This document shows positions 53,745 to 64,000 of a stretch of 64,000 bases of DNA, piece by piece; the stretch's first letter is position 1, and every line of letters begins with the position of its first letter. The position numbers were made by a program, and so were the translations under genes. Location: positions 116,374,001 to 116,438,000 of the forward strand of contig CM069133.1 of NCBI GenBank assembly GCA_035221665.1, read 5' to 3'. Below the pieces are notes generated by a model. That model did not search any database. It saw only the letters and a program-made list of their open reading frames with translations, and was not told where the DNA came from. This stretch comes from Okamejei kenojei. Taxonomy: Eukaryota.

Positions 53745-55075
53745 ATGGGGAATGGACCGATGACATTTTGGGTCAGGACCCTTTCTCACAAGTTCATCAA
53801 CCCAATCTGCATTACCTCCCGTCATGTATTACACTTTTTCTCCCTCGGGACTTGTGTATCAAAATATAAAGATTGTCTATTTCATACTTTCATTATATAT
53901 TGCTTACATACGCCCCATAATGTTCTTAACTCAACTGTCATTTCCTACTTGGGGAAAAAACCGCGGAGGTTATGGGGAAACCCAAATCCCACGTCTCTGA
54001 TGTCCTATTCCCTGTAGTCACATTCCCCCTCGCGAACAGTACATCTTCTAATGGAAACAAACGAGACTGCAGATGTTGGCCTCTTAAGCAAAGAACAAAA
54101 CCGTTGAGGTACACAGCGGTTCAAACAGCATCTGTGAAGGGAAACAGGCAGATGTTGTTTTGGGTCAGCACCCTTTGTCAGACCGATGGAGAATCAGGAA
54201 GATAGCTCACAGAAAGATGTGAAAGAAAGTGATATGGCAAGAGCTACCAAGTGGTAGATGGATCTAGGTGGAGGGGTTGATTGGGAGAAGAGATGGGTGA
54301 AAATGGAACACAAGGCTGGAGGTTATGCGGAGAATCTGTAGAATCTAATAAGAAAGGAAGATGGGGAATGAGGAGGCAGGGAGAGATTGTGGGTGGAATA
54401 AATAATTGAGTATTCCAGTAGAGAGGGGTGGATGATAAGCAGAAAGAGGAGGTGATGGCAAGGTAGGGACCTGGGTGATGGGGCAGGAATAGTGGAATGA
54501 AAGATGTGTACAGGAGTTGGTTAGAAGAGACGGAAAGGGTAAAAGTAAGATGAAAATTGAGAATTCAATATTCATGGTACTGGGTTGTAGGTTATCCAAG
54601 CAGAATACGAGGTGTTATTCTTCCAGTTTGTGTGTACCCTCACTCTGGCAATGGAGGAGACCAAGAGCAGACAGATTGGTTTAGGAAGAGATATTTTCAG
54701 TCTCGAGGGATCATGAGATCCTGCAGGCCTTGGTAGACAGTGCAAGAGTTTGACTAGTCTACGCTTGGTCTCTCCAATGTAGTGAAGGCGACATCGAGAG
54801 CAAGTAGTTGGAGAAGGTGCAGGTAAACCTCTGTCTCACCTGGAAGGGCTGTTTTGTATCCCTGAATTATGGTGAAGGAGGAGATTAGGGACAGGTGTTG
54901 CACCTACCACAGTTGCATGGGACAGTTACTAGGAAAGGGCATGAATGTATGGGGAGAGGTGAGTGGACTAAGGAGTCACTATGAAGCCAGAAAGGGGTGG
55001 GGAGGGTGACTGGTGGTGGGATTGTTTTGAAGCTGACAACAATGTCCAAGAAAGATGTGTTGGATGTATAAACTA
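53745..55075 (-). mobile_element. Old Penelope-like relic(s)
   Basis: Terminal-repeat remnants at about 53750 and 54060-54185. Decayed GIY-YIG region and the PCNCGRCNTCP motif. Confidence 0.6.
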
Positions 55076-55429
55076 GTTGATCTCCAGTTATGCTTAACAC
55101 GAGGTTATGGAGACAAAATATCTAAATATGTGATTGAATTAAGCATAGTTCAAAAGAACCAAATCTAAGACAAAGAGAACAAAAAATGTGTTATTACATT
55201 ATGCAGTATATAACAGAGATTGAGCTTCTGTCCTTGGATCCCAAGCTAACGACCCCTGGTAACTCTTTGGTGCATTTTTTCTCCAAATCCAATATTATTT
55301 TTTCTTTTGCATGCTGTTTCAGGTACTGTGTTTTTTTTTAAATAAACCATGCTGTCAATGCTGAGGTTTAATTCTAGTTCTTTTATTCACAAACCTTGGG
55401 AAAATGCTAAGTGCATTCACCCAATCAAT

Positions 55430-56125
55430 GCTAATGATTTTACACACGTCTGCAAGATCATTCCTCAGTCAGTGCATTCCAAGGAGTCAAGCCCTAGCCT
55501 TGCCAACCTCTTCCTATATCAGGTCCTTGAGTCCTGGCATCATCCTCTGAAATCTTTTCTGCACTCTTTCCTGCTTAGCGGCATCTTTTACATAACAGGA
55601 TAACCAAAACAGAACACAATATGCAGGTGCAGCCTCACCAATGTCTTGTACAAGTGCAAAATAATGTCCCAATTTCTGTATTTGATGTCCTTGATGATGA
55701 AGGCATGAATACAAAATGCCTTCGTCACCACCTTGCCAATCTGTGTTGGCACTTTTAGGAAATTATTTACTTGTACTCCGTTTCTTTGTTCTATAACACT
55801 CCACAGGTACTACAGTTCACTGTGAAATACCTACCATGGTTAGTTTTCAGAAAATGCAACATCATGTACTGATCTGAATGAATCTCCATTAGCCCACTTA
55901 CATTTTATTCACCGTCTTATGACTATGCCTTGGAAAATTACTAACCATGCCTTGTATATTTTCATGCAAATCGTTGTAGAGGGCCAACAACAAAGGGCCC
56001 AGCACCAACCCTTGGGCACACCACTAGTTACGAGCCTCCAGACCGAAAAACAACTTTCCACCATCACCCTCTGTTTCCTTCCATGAAGCTAACTCTGTAT
56101 CCAGTTAGCTAGTTGTTCCTGAATC
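55430..56125 (-). mobile_element. Old CR1 RT relic
   Basis: YCVLFW...ERVQKRFQRMMPGL, plus a GVPKGWCWAL-like remnant of GVPQGSVLGP. Confidence 0.7.
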
Positions 56126-57869
56126 CTTTCTCCCTAGATGCCTTAGCTCTATTGCCACTTTAAATCATCCATTCATTCCCTGATATCCTAAGTAGTCAAG
56201 TCACGAGTGTTTTATTGTCATATGTCCCAGATAGAACAATGAAATTCTTACTTGCTGCAGCACAACAGAATTTGTAAACATAGTACACTGTAGAGCTAAT
56301 AGGACTTGATGTTTCAATCCCTGTAGTAAGTCGGCACTCTTGCTATTTGCAGTGGGATTGGAGTGGTGAAAGGTAGGGTAGGTACGTCATTGGGGTAATC
56401 AGGTGGGCACCCTCCTTCTTTGACATTTCATTGATAAGCCCACAACATCTCCAGAGGGCACAACGGTGCTACCTGGCGTCCCATTTACACCCCCCCCCCC
56501 CCCCCTTTCTCCATCTTGTAACACAATTGTTATCTCTCCTTTTGATCCAGATCCAATTGCTGCTTTTTTCTGCAGAATTTGATAATGACTTGATTGCTTG
56601 TTGGAGCGACCCATTTTCTTTAAACAATATGATAAACGAGAGAAAAAAAGTAGAGATCAAAGCTGTCCTCATTGTGACAAGTTTCACAGCTACTTTCCAC
56701 CCATTTCGCTCAAAGGTTTTACTTGCTTTAACTAAAGAGCCTTTACTTGCTTGAACTAACATGAATTGAAAAATAAATTGATCCTTCAAATGCACAACAT
56801 AATGCACTCTCTACAAAATGCTGAAGTAGATTGATAATCGTTGTGCAATTTGTTTCACAATCACAGTTTTATATTTAAACAAAGTATTTAAAATGTGCCT
56901 AAATTGATGCCACTTCAGGTATGAAAGTGCAAGTGGGATCAATACTGAAAAGGAATTATTATAGCATTGCACAGGCATTCTTGACATTGTTGCTGTGCTG
57001 GAAACCAGGTACAAATGCTATCCCCAGTCAACATTTCCAATGGGGTTTATTACCATGGCAAATTACTCAAGGCTGGTGAGGATTTGTGCATTCAGGGATG
57101 CAGTTGCTTTGCTTCATCACATCCAAATGAGACAATGAGCAAGACCATAGGATCCGGACTGGCTGCCGACATCTGAAGCAGCCACCACTGTTAACAGCAG
57201 TGTCGGTACTCACCATGTTTACCAGGGTCAATGTTGCTATGTGGGGCATCCCAGTCTATCTACCACCACCCCTCACAAGAAACCTCTCCACACTAAGCCG
57301 TCAGATGATTCATTGCTGGAGGAGCAATGAGAGCAGAGATTCCTAGCACAGCAGTATGCAACCTGATTTTTTTTTTTAATCTGGACCCAAAGAAAAGAAT
57401 GCTCCAGCAAAATCAAATTGTGCTATGTAGGTACCAGTGTCTTTATTTTTTGATTTTTTTTAATAAGAATAACCAGTGAGCAGAATGTACTAAAAGGCTA
57501 AAGAAATACATTAAACGGAATAGAACTGATACATCCTAATAAATTAGTAACCCTAAACACTCAGGCTGCAGATTTTTGAGAGACGTTTTGCCTTCAAACA
57601 AAACTCTAAAGTCAATGAATGAACAAACAAAGGACACACAGTTAATTGTATTGTTGTAAATTATGTAATTTATGGACATTCCACACTTTTGCTGCAACCA
57701 TTATTCGGGGTTTAAAACTTTTCAGTTATCTATCTAAAATTCCAGCAACGTAGATTTCTGTTGCAAAAACCGCAGAGACTTAACTTTACAGAAGTAAAAC
57801 CCATTACTAATATGAATATAAGATTTATTAAAATAAAACAGATAACACTGGAAAAACCCAGGCGTATAT

Positions 57870-58700
57870 AGAGTGGGCGTGGAGAAGATATTTCCAATGG
57901 TGGGAGTCAAGGACCTGGGGGCACAACCTCAAAATAAAAGGATGTACATTTAGAATGGAGCTTAGGAGGAATATCTTTAGCCAGAGGATGGTAAATCTGT
58001 AGAATTCATTTCTACAGATGGCAGCGGAGGCCAAGTCATTGGGTATTATTAAAGCAGAGATTGATACGTTCTTGATTCGAAAGGTTGTCAAAGGTTATGA
58101 TGGGAAGACAGGAGACTGGGATTAGGAGGCAAACTAGATCATCCATGATCAAATGGCGGACCAGACTCAAAAGCCCAAATGACCTAATTCTGCTCCTCCG
58201 ACTTATGGTAAGGCAACATCTGTGGAAAGCAAAACAATGTTCTTTCTTCAGAAATTAAAAACGATTTTCATAATTCTTATAGAACTGGACAGCTTACTTG
58301 ACCCACCCTATTTGATCAATGAGCATTGAAACATACAAAATACTTCAGAGGCTTGACAGATGAGCAGAAGGGAGGGTTTTCTCTGATTCAGTCTATGATT
58401 AGATGCACAGATTGAAAATGGGGAGTGAGCCATTCATGATTGAAACAAGGAGATATTTCGTCACTCAGCAGGTGATGAACCATTGAACATTTCTACCCCA
58501 AAGGGCTGAGGAAGCTCAATCATTGTGTTAATTCAAAGCAGAGATTTATGGAATGTCCATAAATTACATAATTTCTGTATTTTGATGGAATCATGAGATA
58601 CAAGGATGGTGCTATAAAGTGGTGCTGAGGTTGAAGATCAGTCGTAATGGTGGAAAGGGCTTGAAGGGCCAAATAGCCTGCCCCTGCTCATATGTTCTTA
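57870..58700 (+). mobile_element. Two old CR1 3' relics (about 57870-58208 and 58330-58700)
   Basis: Decayed similarity to the CR1 ORF2 C-terminus and 3' UTR. Confidence 0.65.
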
Positions 58701-59058
58701 TGTACTTATATTCTACCTTGACTCCAACCCATGTGCTCCTCCTTTCCCCATCCCATCTTTCCCCAGCTTCAACCAAATGCTAAAGGCAAGGCCCAACTGA
58801 CAGACAACACACCTTGGATATGCCAGAAAATGGCAATTAAAAAACTGTTCACCAGATCCTGCCATTAGATTCAACAGGATCTCAAGGAAAGCATCAATCC
58901 CTCCCATCTTGCGTCCTCCACCCGTATGACCGAAATCCCCTTCACTGCATTTCCCTCCCACTTCTCCCTCACTCTAGGCACTCACCCTCCACCAGTCAAC
59001 AATTCCTCCTCCTACATTCTACCCACCTATTTGCTGCATTCACATCACTCTCAAGCTA

Positions 59059-59515
59059 AAAGGCCTGTCCCACGAGTGTGCGACTCCATGCGGCAAGCAC
59101 GACCTAACGTGGTCGCTTGAGCCGTACGGCCTCGCGGGGCCGGTCCCACTTCGATCGCCGGAGCCGTATGGAGTTGTGCGGAGCTGGTCCCGACGTCGCA
59201 CGGGGCTCCGAAAAACTGACTGTGTTCAAAAATTACGCGCGGCAACGGCCTGTCGGCCCGCAGCCGGCTCGACGCTGTATGCACCGCCTCGACGGGCGTA
59301 CGCAGCGTCTTGATGCCGTACGTCACACTTGGACTTCACTCGAACTTCACATCATTCACGCGACCTCCGCTTCCAGTTTGGTCGCGCTCGCCGCATGCAA
59401 GTGCATGCTGGTGGGACCTGCCCTGTACGGGGATCACTCGACCCCTGCGCGGCCCCTGCTTCCGGTTTGGTCGCGCTTGCCGCATGCAGGTCGCATGCTC
59501 GTGGGACAGACCCTT
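59059..59515. mobile_element. GC-rich MITE (non-autonomous DNA transposon) with TIRs of about 50 bp
   Basis: AAAGGCCTGTCCCACGAG...CTCGTGGGACAGACCCTT, with TA on both flanks. Confidence 0.88.
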
Positions 59516-60401
59516 TAGAGTCCAGGATTTAATTGCATATTTATATCACACGTTGGAATTTAAATGCTTCCTTGCCAATACCCAATCTATAGCTACCAAA
59601 TTTTAATGGGCAAGAATTGAACTAGATTAAGATGGAGAACTATGCTGTTAATTTAGAAGAAGAAACGTTTAGTTATTATTATGGCAATAAAAGGCTGAAA
59701 TGACAAATTGGGGCCAGGGATTAGACAAATATTCTAAAATCACAGTGCAAAATATTTGATGGATACATATCATCCTTCTCCTCTTGTTAACATCTTTGCA
59801 TTTACAGTAAACAATTGCATATTTACTTACCAAATATGAAGAAAACCATATCAACATTCCACCGAAACCTGCACTGTTTCAAGGTTGCCTAATCTGGTAA
59901 CATTCATTTACTCACATATCCATAGCTTTTGGTGAGATGTTAAAGGATTCCTCAGAAAAACAAACCTGATCACTCCTTTAACATATTAATGAGAAAGTAC
60001 TCACAAAGAATTGTTCCGTAAATATATACTCAAATCCTGCAACAAGCACATCAGAAATAAAGTTACAATGTACCCAGAATAGTATTCCAGATAATTTAAC
60101 TGAAATGTAGCTCGTATCGGGAAATGTTAGCAACATTATTATTCACTTAATCAGACAGAGAACCGTAATGTCCTTGAGAGATTTGAGGCATGCAACCATG
60201 ATGTAACTAGTACAAAATAAATCTGTGCATTAAACTAGTTTTATTTGGGGAAAGAAAATTGAGGTACAATTTACAGGCTTAAGTCAAGGTTTAAATAAAA
60301 GAAGATACATTGCTGTTAAAGGTTGTGACTGAAGGATGAGAATTAAGCAGAATGTTGTAAAACTGATTTCCAGGAAAAAAATCATTGGCAACAGCATTGT
60401 A

Positions 60402-61014
60402 AAGGGCCTCTCCCACTTGGGCGTTTTTTTAGGCGACTGCCGGCGAGTCATAGTCGTAGTAGGTCGCAAAAACCGGCGGCTGGACCCCCCTACGACAATG
60501 TCCACAACAAGCTACAACAACCTACCACCTAGTCGACGTCATGCTATGGCAAGCTACCGTCAACCCATTAGTACGTCCACCTATGACAACGTACGCCCAC
60601 ACAGGTGACAACCTATGACAATCGGTCAACCTACGTCCACCCGCGGCAAGCTACGACCCTGTCGGCAACAACTGAAGACAATTCAGTCGCCGGTACCCGT
60701 CGCCGGTTGACGTAGGTGGTCAATAATGGAATTCACCAAAGTCAGCACCGGTGACAACCTACGTCATCTGGCGACAACCTACGAAAGCACCTACGTCAGG
60801 AGAAGTCAAGCTACACTCATTCGCATCAAGCCCACTGTTGCCGTCTGTCGGCGAAAATTTTTGAACATGTTGAAAATCCAACAGCAACCAGAAAGACCCT
60901 TTGGGCGACTGAGGAGAGTAATCACGACCATTCAGGCAACACCCCGGCGACCAAGTGGCAACAACTGAGTCGCCTGCAGTCACCTAAAAAATAGCCTAAG
61001 TGGGACAGGCCATT
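60402..61014. mobile_element. MITE with TIRs of about 45 bp and internal (GACAACCTAC)-like repeats
   Basis: AAGGGCCTCTCCCACTTGGGCGTTTTTTTAGGCGACTGC...GCAGTCACCTAAAAAATAGCCTAAGTGGGACAGGCCATT, with TA on both flanks. Confidence 0.88.
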
Positions 61015-61339
61015 TAGTGGATTAATTAACCAGTCTGCAGACAGATGGTATTCAAGAAAAATACCTAATGTTTACAGTTACAATATAAGACTGGTTGGTC
61101 AACCTCACTAGATGTCATAGCTTATTGTATAATAGGAAAAAACAATAATTTCCACAGACTTGAATTTACAAACTTCAATTGCATATTTTAAATAATCTCA
61201 TTTTCATTCTAATAGTGAGCATTGAATGAAACACAGGTAGGAGTGTTCGTAGAAGTCCATATAGGTTCAAGATTTATCACTATCATGTGTATTGAGCTGC
61301 AGTGAAAAGCTTTGTTTTTCATGATATCCAAACAAAACA

Positions 61340-61790
61340 TATACGAGACATAAATTGGGGGGGGGGGGGGGGGGGGAGGGAGGGGGGAGGGGGAACTTTT
61401 TTTTCAATCTCCTACCTTGCCGGAGATGCGATTGGTTTTCCAGATCATATCTCCGGTCGCTCTGCGGCCTAACATCATGGAGCTGGTGGCCTTGCTTGAG
61501 ACCGACTTTGAGCCCCACGATGCAGGAGCTTGATCGCCCCGACACGAGGACCTGCCGCCGATTACGGGAGTCAATATCGGCCCGTCAACGAAAGGCTCGA
61601 GGCCTCCGACTGCAGTATAACAAAGATTGAACTTTTTTCGCCTTCCATCACAGTGAGGAATGTGGAGGAGTCACTGTGGTGGATGTTTATGGTAAAACGT
61701 ATTTTGTGTGTTTTGTTGCTTTTTATTGGTACGACTGTAAATTCCTCATATGTTGCAAAACATACGTGGCTAGTAAAGCAAATATGATGA
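61340..61790 (+). mobile_element. Unclassified GC-rich interspersed repeat preceded by a G-run
   Basis: CpG-rich block with a LINE-like 3' end in AT-rich intron. Family not assigned. Confidence 0.4.
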
Positions 61791-62714
61791 TTATGGGAAA
61801 GAAAACAAAAACATACTGCACTGAAAGACAAAACTATATTTCAGTTAATGAATTATTTTCAATATCTAATGTAAAATAGAGAAGAAAATGGATTTGACGG
61901 GAAATTTTAGTTCTATTCTAGGGAACTTTATTTCAAAAATACAGTGTTTTTCTTGCTGGGTTGTATTGTGTTTACATCTTCTGTTATTAGGTTCTCAGTG
62001 GGCAATACAGTTAAGTGTTGAATAAATGTTCATAAACTTTATTGTACTAACCAACTTTCAACCAATTTTGCAAGCTACTGCACATAACACTTCAGTTCAA
62101 AGAACATTGAACATTGAGAGTTCCAGCAGTGAGAATATCTAAGCAAATAGTATATTTGTATTACTGATATAATATACCAAGAAGATTTTTATTCAAAAAA
62201 TAAGAAATAAAATCAACCTTGCAAGAAAAAGATGACTGTATGAACAGGCTTGGATATACTACCATTTTACTATTCATTTGGCATCGTAAATAAATAGGTG
62301 TGTGCCTAATGCATCATCCATTATATCTTCCTGGAGTCATGAAATCATCTCTACCATCAAACCTCCACTCTCCCCATCAGCCATCAAGGCAATGGATTCC
62401 TTTTGTAAAATTGAAATGTGTGGTACAGTTGACGGTGCTGATTCTTTCAAAATAGCTTCCAACTGCAGTACTCTCTGCAAATATATGCCATGCTTTACTT
62501 TGGAATCTCGTGATGCTGTACCGTTCGCATTGGACTTTTCTCAGATGAATACTTGGCATTTGCCTCTACTGGAAAGCTTCATTGCAGTTCTGAAGCACCT
62601 GCACCGCTCGGCCCCGCACCTTCCTGTTGGCTGGCGGAGGAGGGGAGACGGTGGGGAGTCGGGAGTTCCCAACAGCCTCCCCCTCTCGCATTGATTCTCC
62701 TGCCACCTCCACAT

Positions 62715-62940
62715 CCATCCTACACTCGTCCCCCAATTCATCCTGTACTGACCCCCTTCCTATCCATTCTGCACAGCTCCCCACCATTCATCCTGTACTG
62801 AACCATCCATTCATCCTGCACAGCCCCCCCGACCCACTCCCATTCATCCTGTACTGATCCCCCACATTCATCCTGTACTGATTCCACCCCTATCCATCCT
62901 GTACTGATTCCCCCCTCATCCATCCCGTATTCCCCCACTG
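62715..62940. repeat. Minisatellite, unit of about 22 bp CCCCCATTCATCCTGTACTGA
   Basis: About 10 degenerate tandem copies are visible. Confidence 0.85.
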
Positions 62941-63156
62941 ACATCTCCCGCGCTCTCCCCTCACAATTTTATCTGAATCCATCCCTGTGAAAAGTTAGAG
63001 ATGGTGATTGGATCTGGAAGCGGACCAATACATCTGTAAATAAAACTGGACAGACATTTTTTCATTTGCACAACTGATTTGATTGTATTAATTTTAATAT
63101 ATTAATGTTTAAAATCCATGCATTGAAGGAAGAATATTGTACAGCCCATCTGTGGT

Positions 63157-63182
63157 CCTTAACCCCAACCCTAACCCTAACC
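63157..63182. repeat. Short interstitial telomere-like tract (CCCTAA)x4
   Basis: CCTTAA CCCCAA CCCTAA CCCTAA CC. Confidence 0.7.
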
Positions 63183-63413
63183 GGTCGTCACCCGCAGGGC
63201 AGCATACGTCAGCGTATGACAGGGCGCACGACATGATGAGACACCCAGATGTCGCCCCTGGATTTTGAACATTCCAAATCCAGAGGTGACCGGGAATCAC
63301 CGCTCGTCACTACATGCGTCACCACGCATCAGGCCGCGTCACGACCCAACCACGACTCGACAACCTTTTTTCAGGCTGTTGCCGAAAACGTCACCCAAGT
63401 GGGACAGGCCTTT
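63183..63413. mobile_element. Truncated MITE with only one TIR
   Basis: Ends AAGTGGGACAGGCCTTT like the other MITEs. No matching left TIR. Confidence 0.75.
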
Positions 63414-63609
63414 GACGCTGCGAAACATGAGGGCAAGGCTTTCGAAGGCAGCGTCGGCAGCAAACTTCTCCCTGTCCAGGTTCTCCATCACCTCGGGCTT
63501 GAGTCCGCAGTGCTCGAAGAAACTGTCCTAGCCTGAGCAGGCTCGGGAGAACCGGCAGCTGAGGTCAGAGTGCGCCATAATCTGCCGTCACCAACCCGCT
63601 CCTTGGGGC

Positions 63610-64000
63610 GACCTGCTGCTGCTTCTCTTGGCGCTGCTGGCGTGGTTACTTGTGCACCCTGAGATGCTGCTGGCATGGCGACTGGTCCTTCCTGGAGTGC
63701 TGCTGGAGTGGTTACTTGTGCACCCTTGGGTGCTGCTGGCGAGGCTGCTGTTTCTCCCTGGAGTGCTGCTCGTGGTTACTTGTGAACACTGGAGTGCTGC
63801 GGGTGTGGTTACGTGTGCACCCTGGGGTGCTGCTGGTTTGAAAGTTATTTGTGCACCCTTGGGTGCTGCTGGTGTAGTTAATTGTGCATCCTGGGGCGTT
63901 GCTGGCGAGGCTGCTGTTTCTCCCTGGAGTGCTGCTCGTGGTTACTTGTGAACCCAGGAGTGCTGCTGGTGTGGTTACTTGTGCACCCTGGGGGTGCTGC
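63610..64000 (-). repeat. GC-rich 33-bp tandem repeat reading PAAPQGAQVTT on the minus strand; runs off the window edge
   Basis: Plus-strand unit GGTGCTGCTGGTGTGGTTACTTGTGCACCCTGG, about 11 copies, with 31- and 36-bp variants. Confidence 0.85.

Noticed and set aside
59117-60983. ORFs inside the GC-rich MITEs as transposases
   Set aside because: Short, no DDE or Myb-like motifs. Open frames are expected by chance at high GC.
61356-61393. G-runs here and at about 5910-5938, 5172-5190 and 56489-56505 as functional G-quadruplexes
   Set aside because: Simple homopolymer tracts, error-prone in assemblies, with no supporting context.
63610-64000. CRISPR-like array
   Set aside because: Units are degenerate tandem copies without unique spacers, there are no cas genes, and the context is a eukaryotic intron.

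Overview
AT-rich vertebrate DNA. The repeat content (CR1 LINEs, HE1/V-SINE-like SINEs, Penelope relics) suggests a cartilaginous fish, probably a skate or ray; this is an inference. The window lies inside one minus-strand gene, the Groucho-family corepressor TLE4. Eleven coding exons (equivalent to human exons 5-15, numbering from memory) run from 50622 down to 935, and the gene continues beyond both edges. Ten exons have canonical AG/GT boundaries and consistent phases. Exon 9 (10241-10360) does not: it ends in an in-frame TAG where a Tyr codon is expected and has no GT donor, which is either a real truncating lesion or an assembly error. The introns hold many retroelements, including a three-level nested CR1 cluster (about 34.9-40.2 kb) and Penelope elements with hammerhead-like cores. 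They also hold TIR-sharing MITEs, candidate regulatory modules (RFX X-boxes plus a CCAAT palindrome) and a candidate cryptic exon. A protein-like GC-rich 33-bp repeat sits at the right edge. I found no prokaryotic-type system, CRISPR array or true RNA gene. Most ORF-track entries are spurious or transposon-derived. Boundaries of old repeats are approximate.
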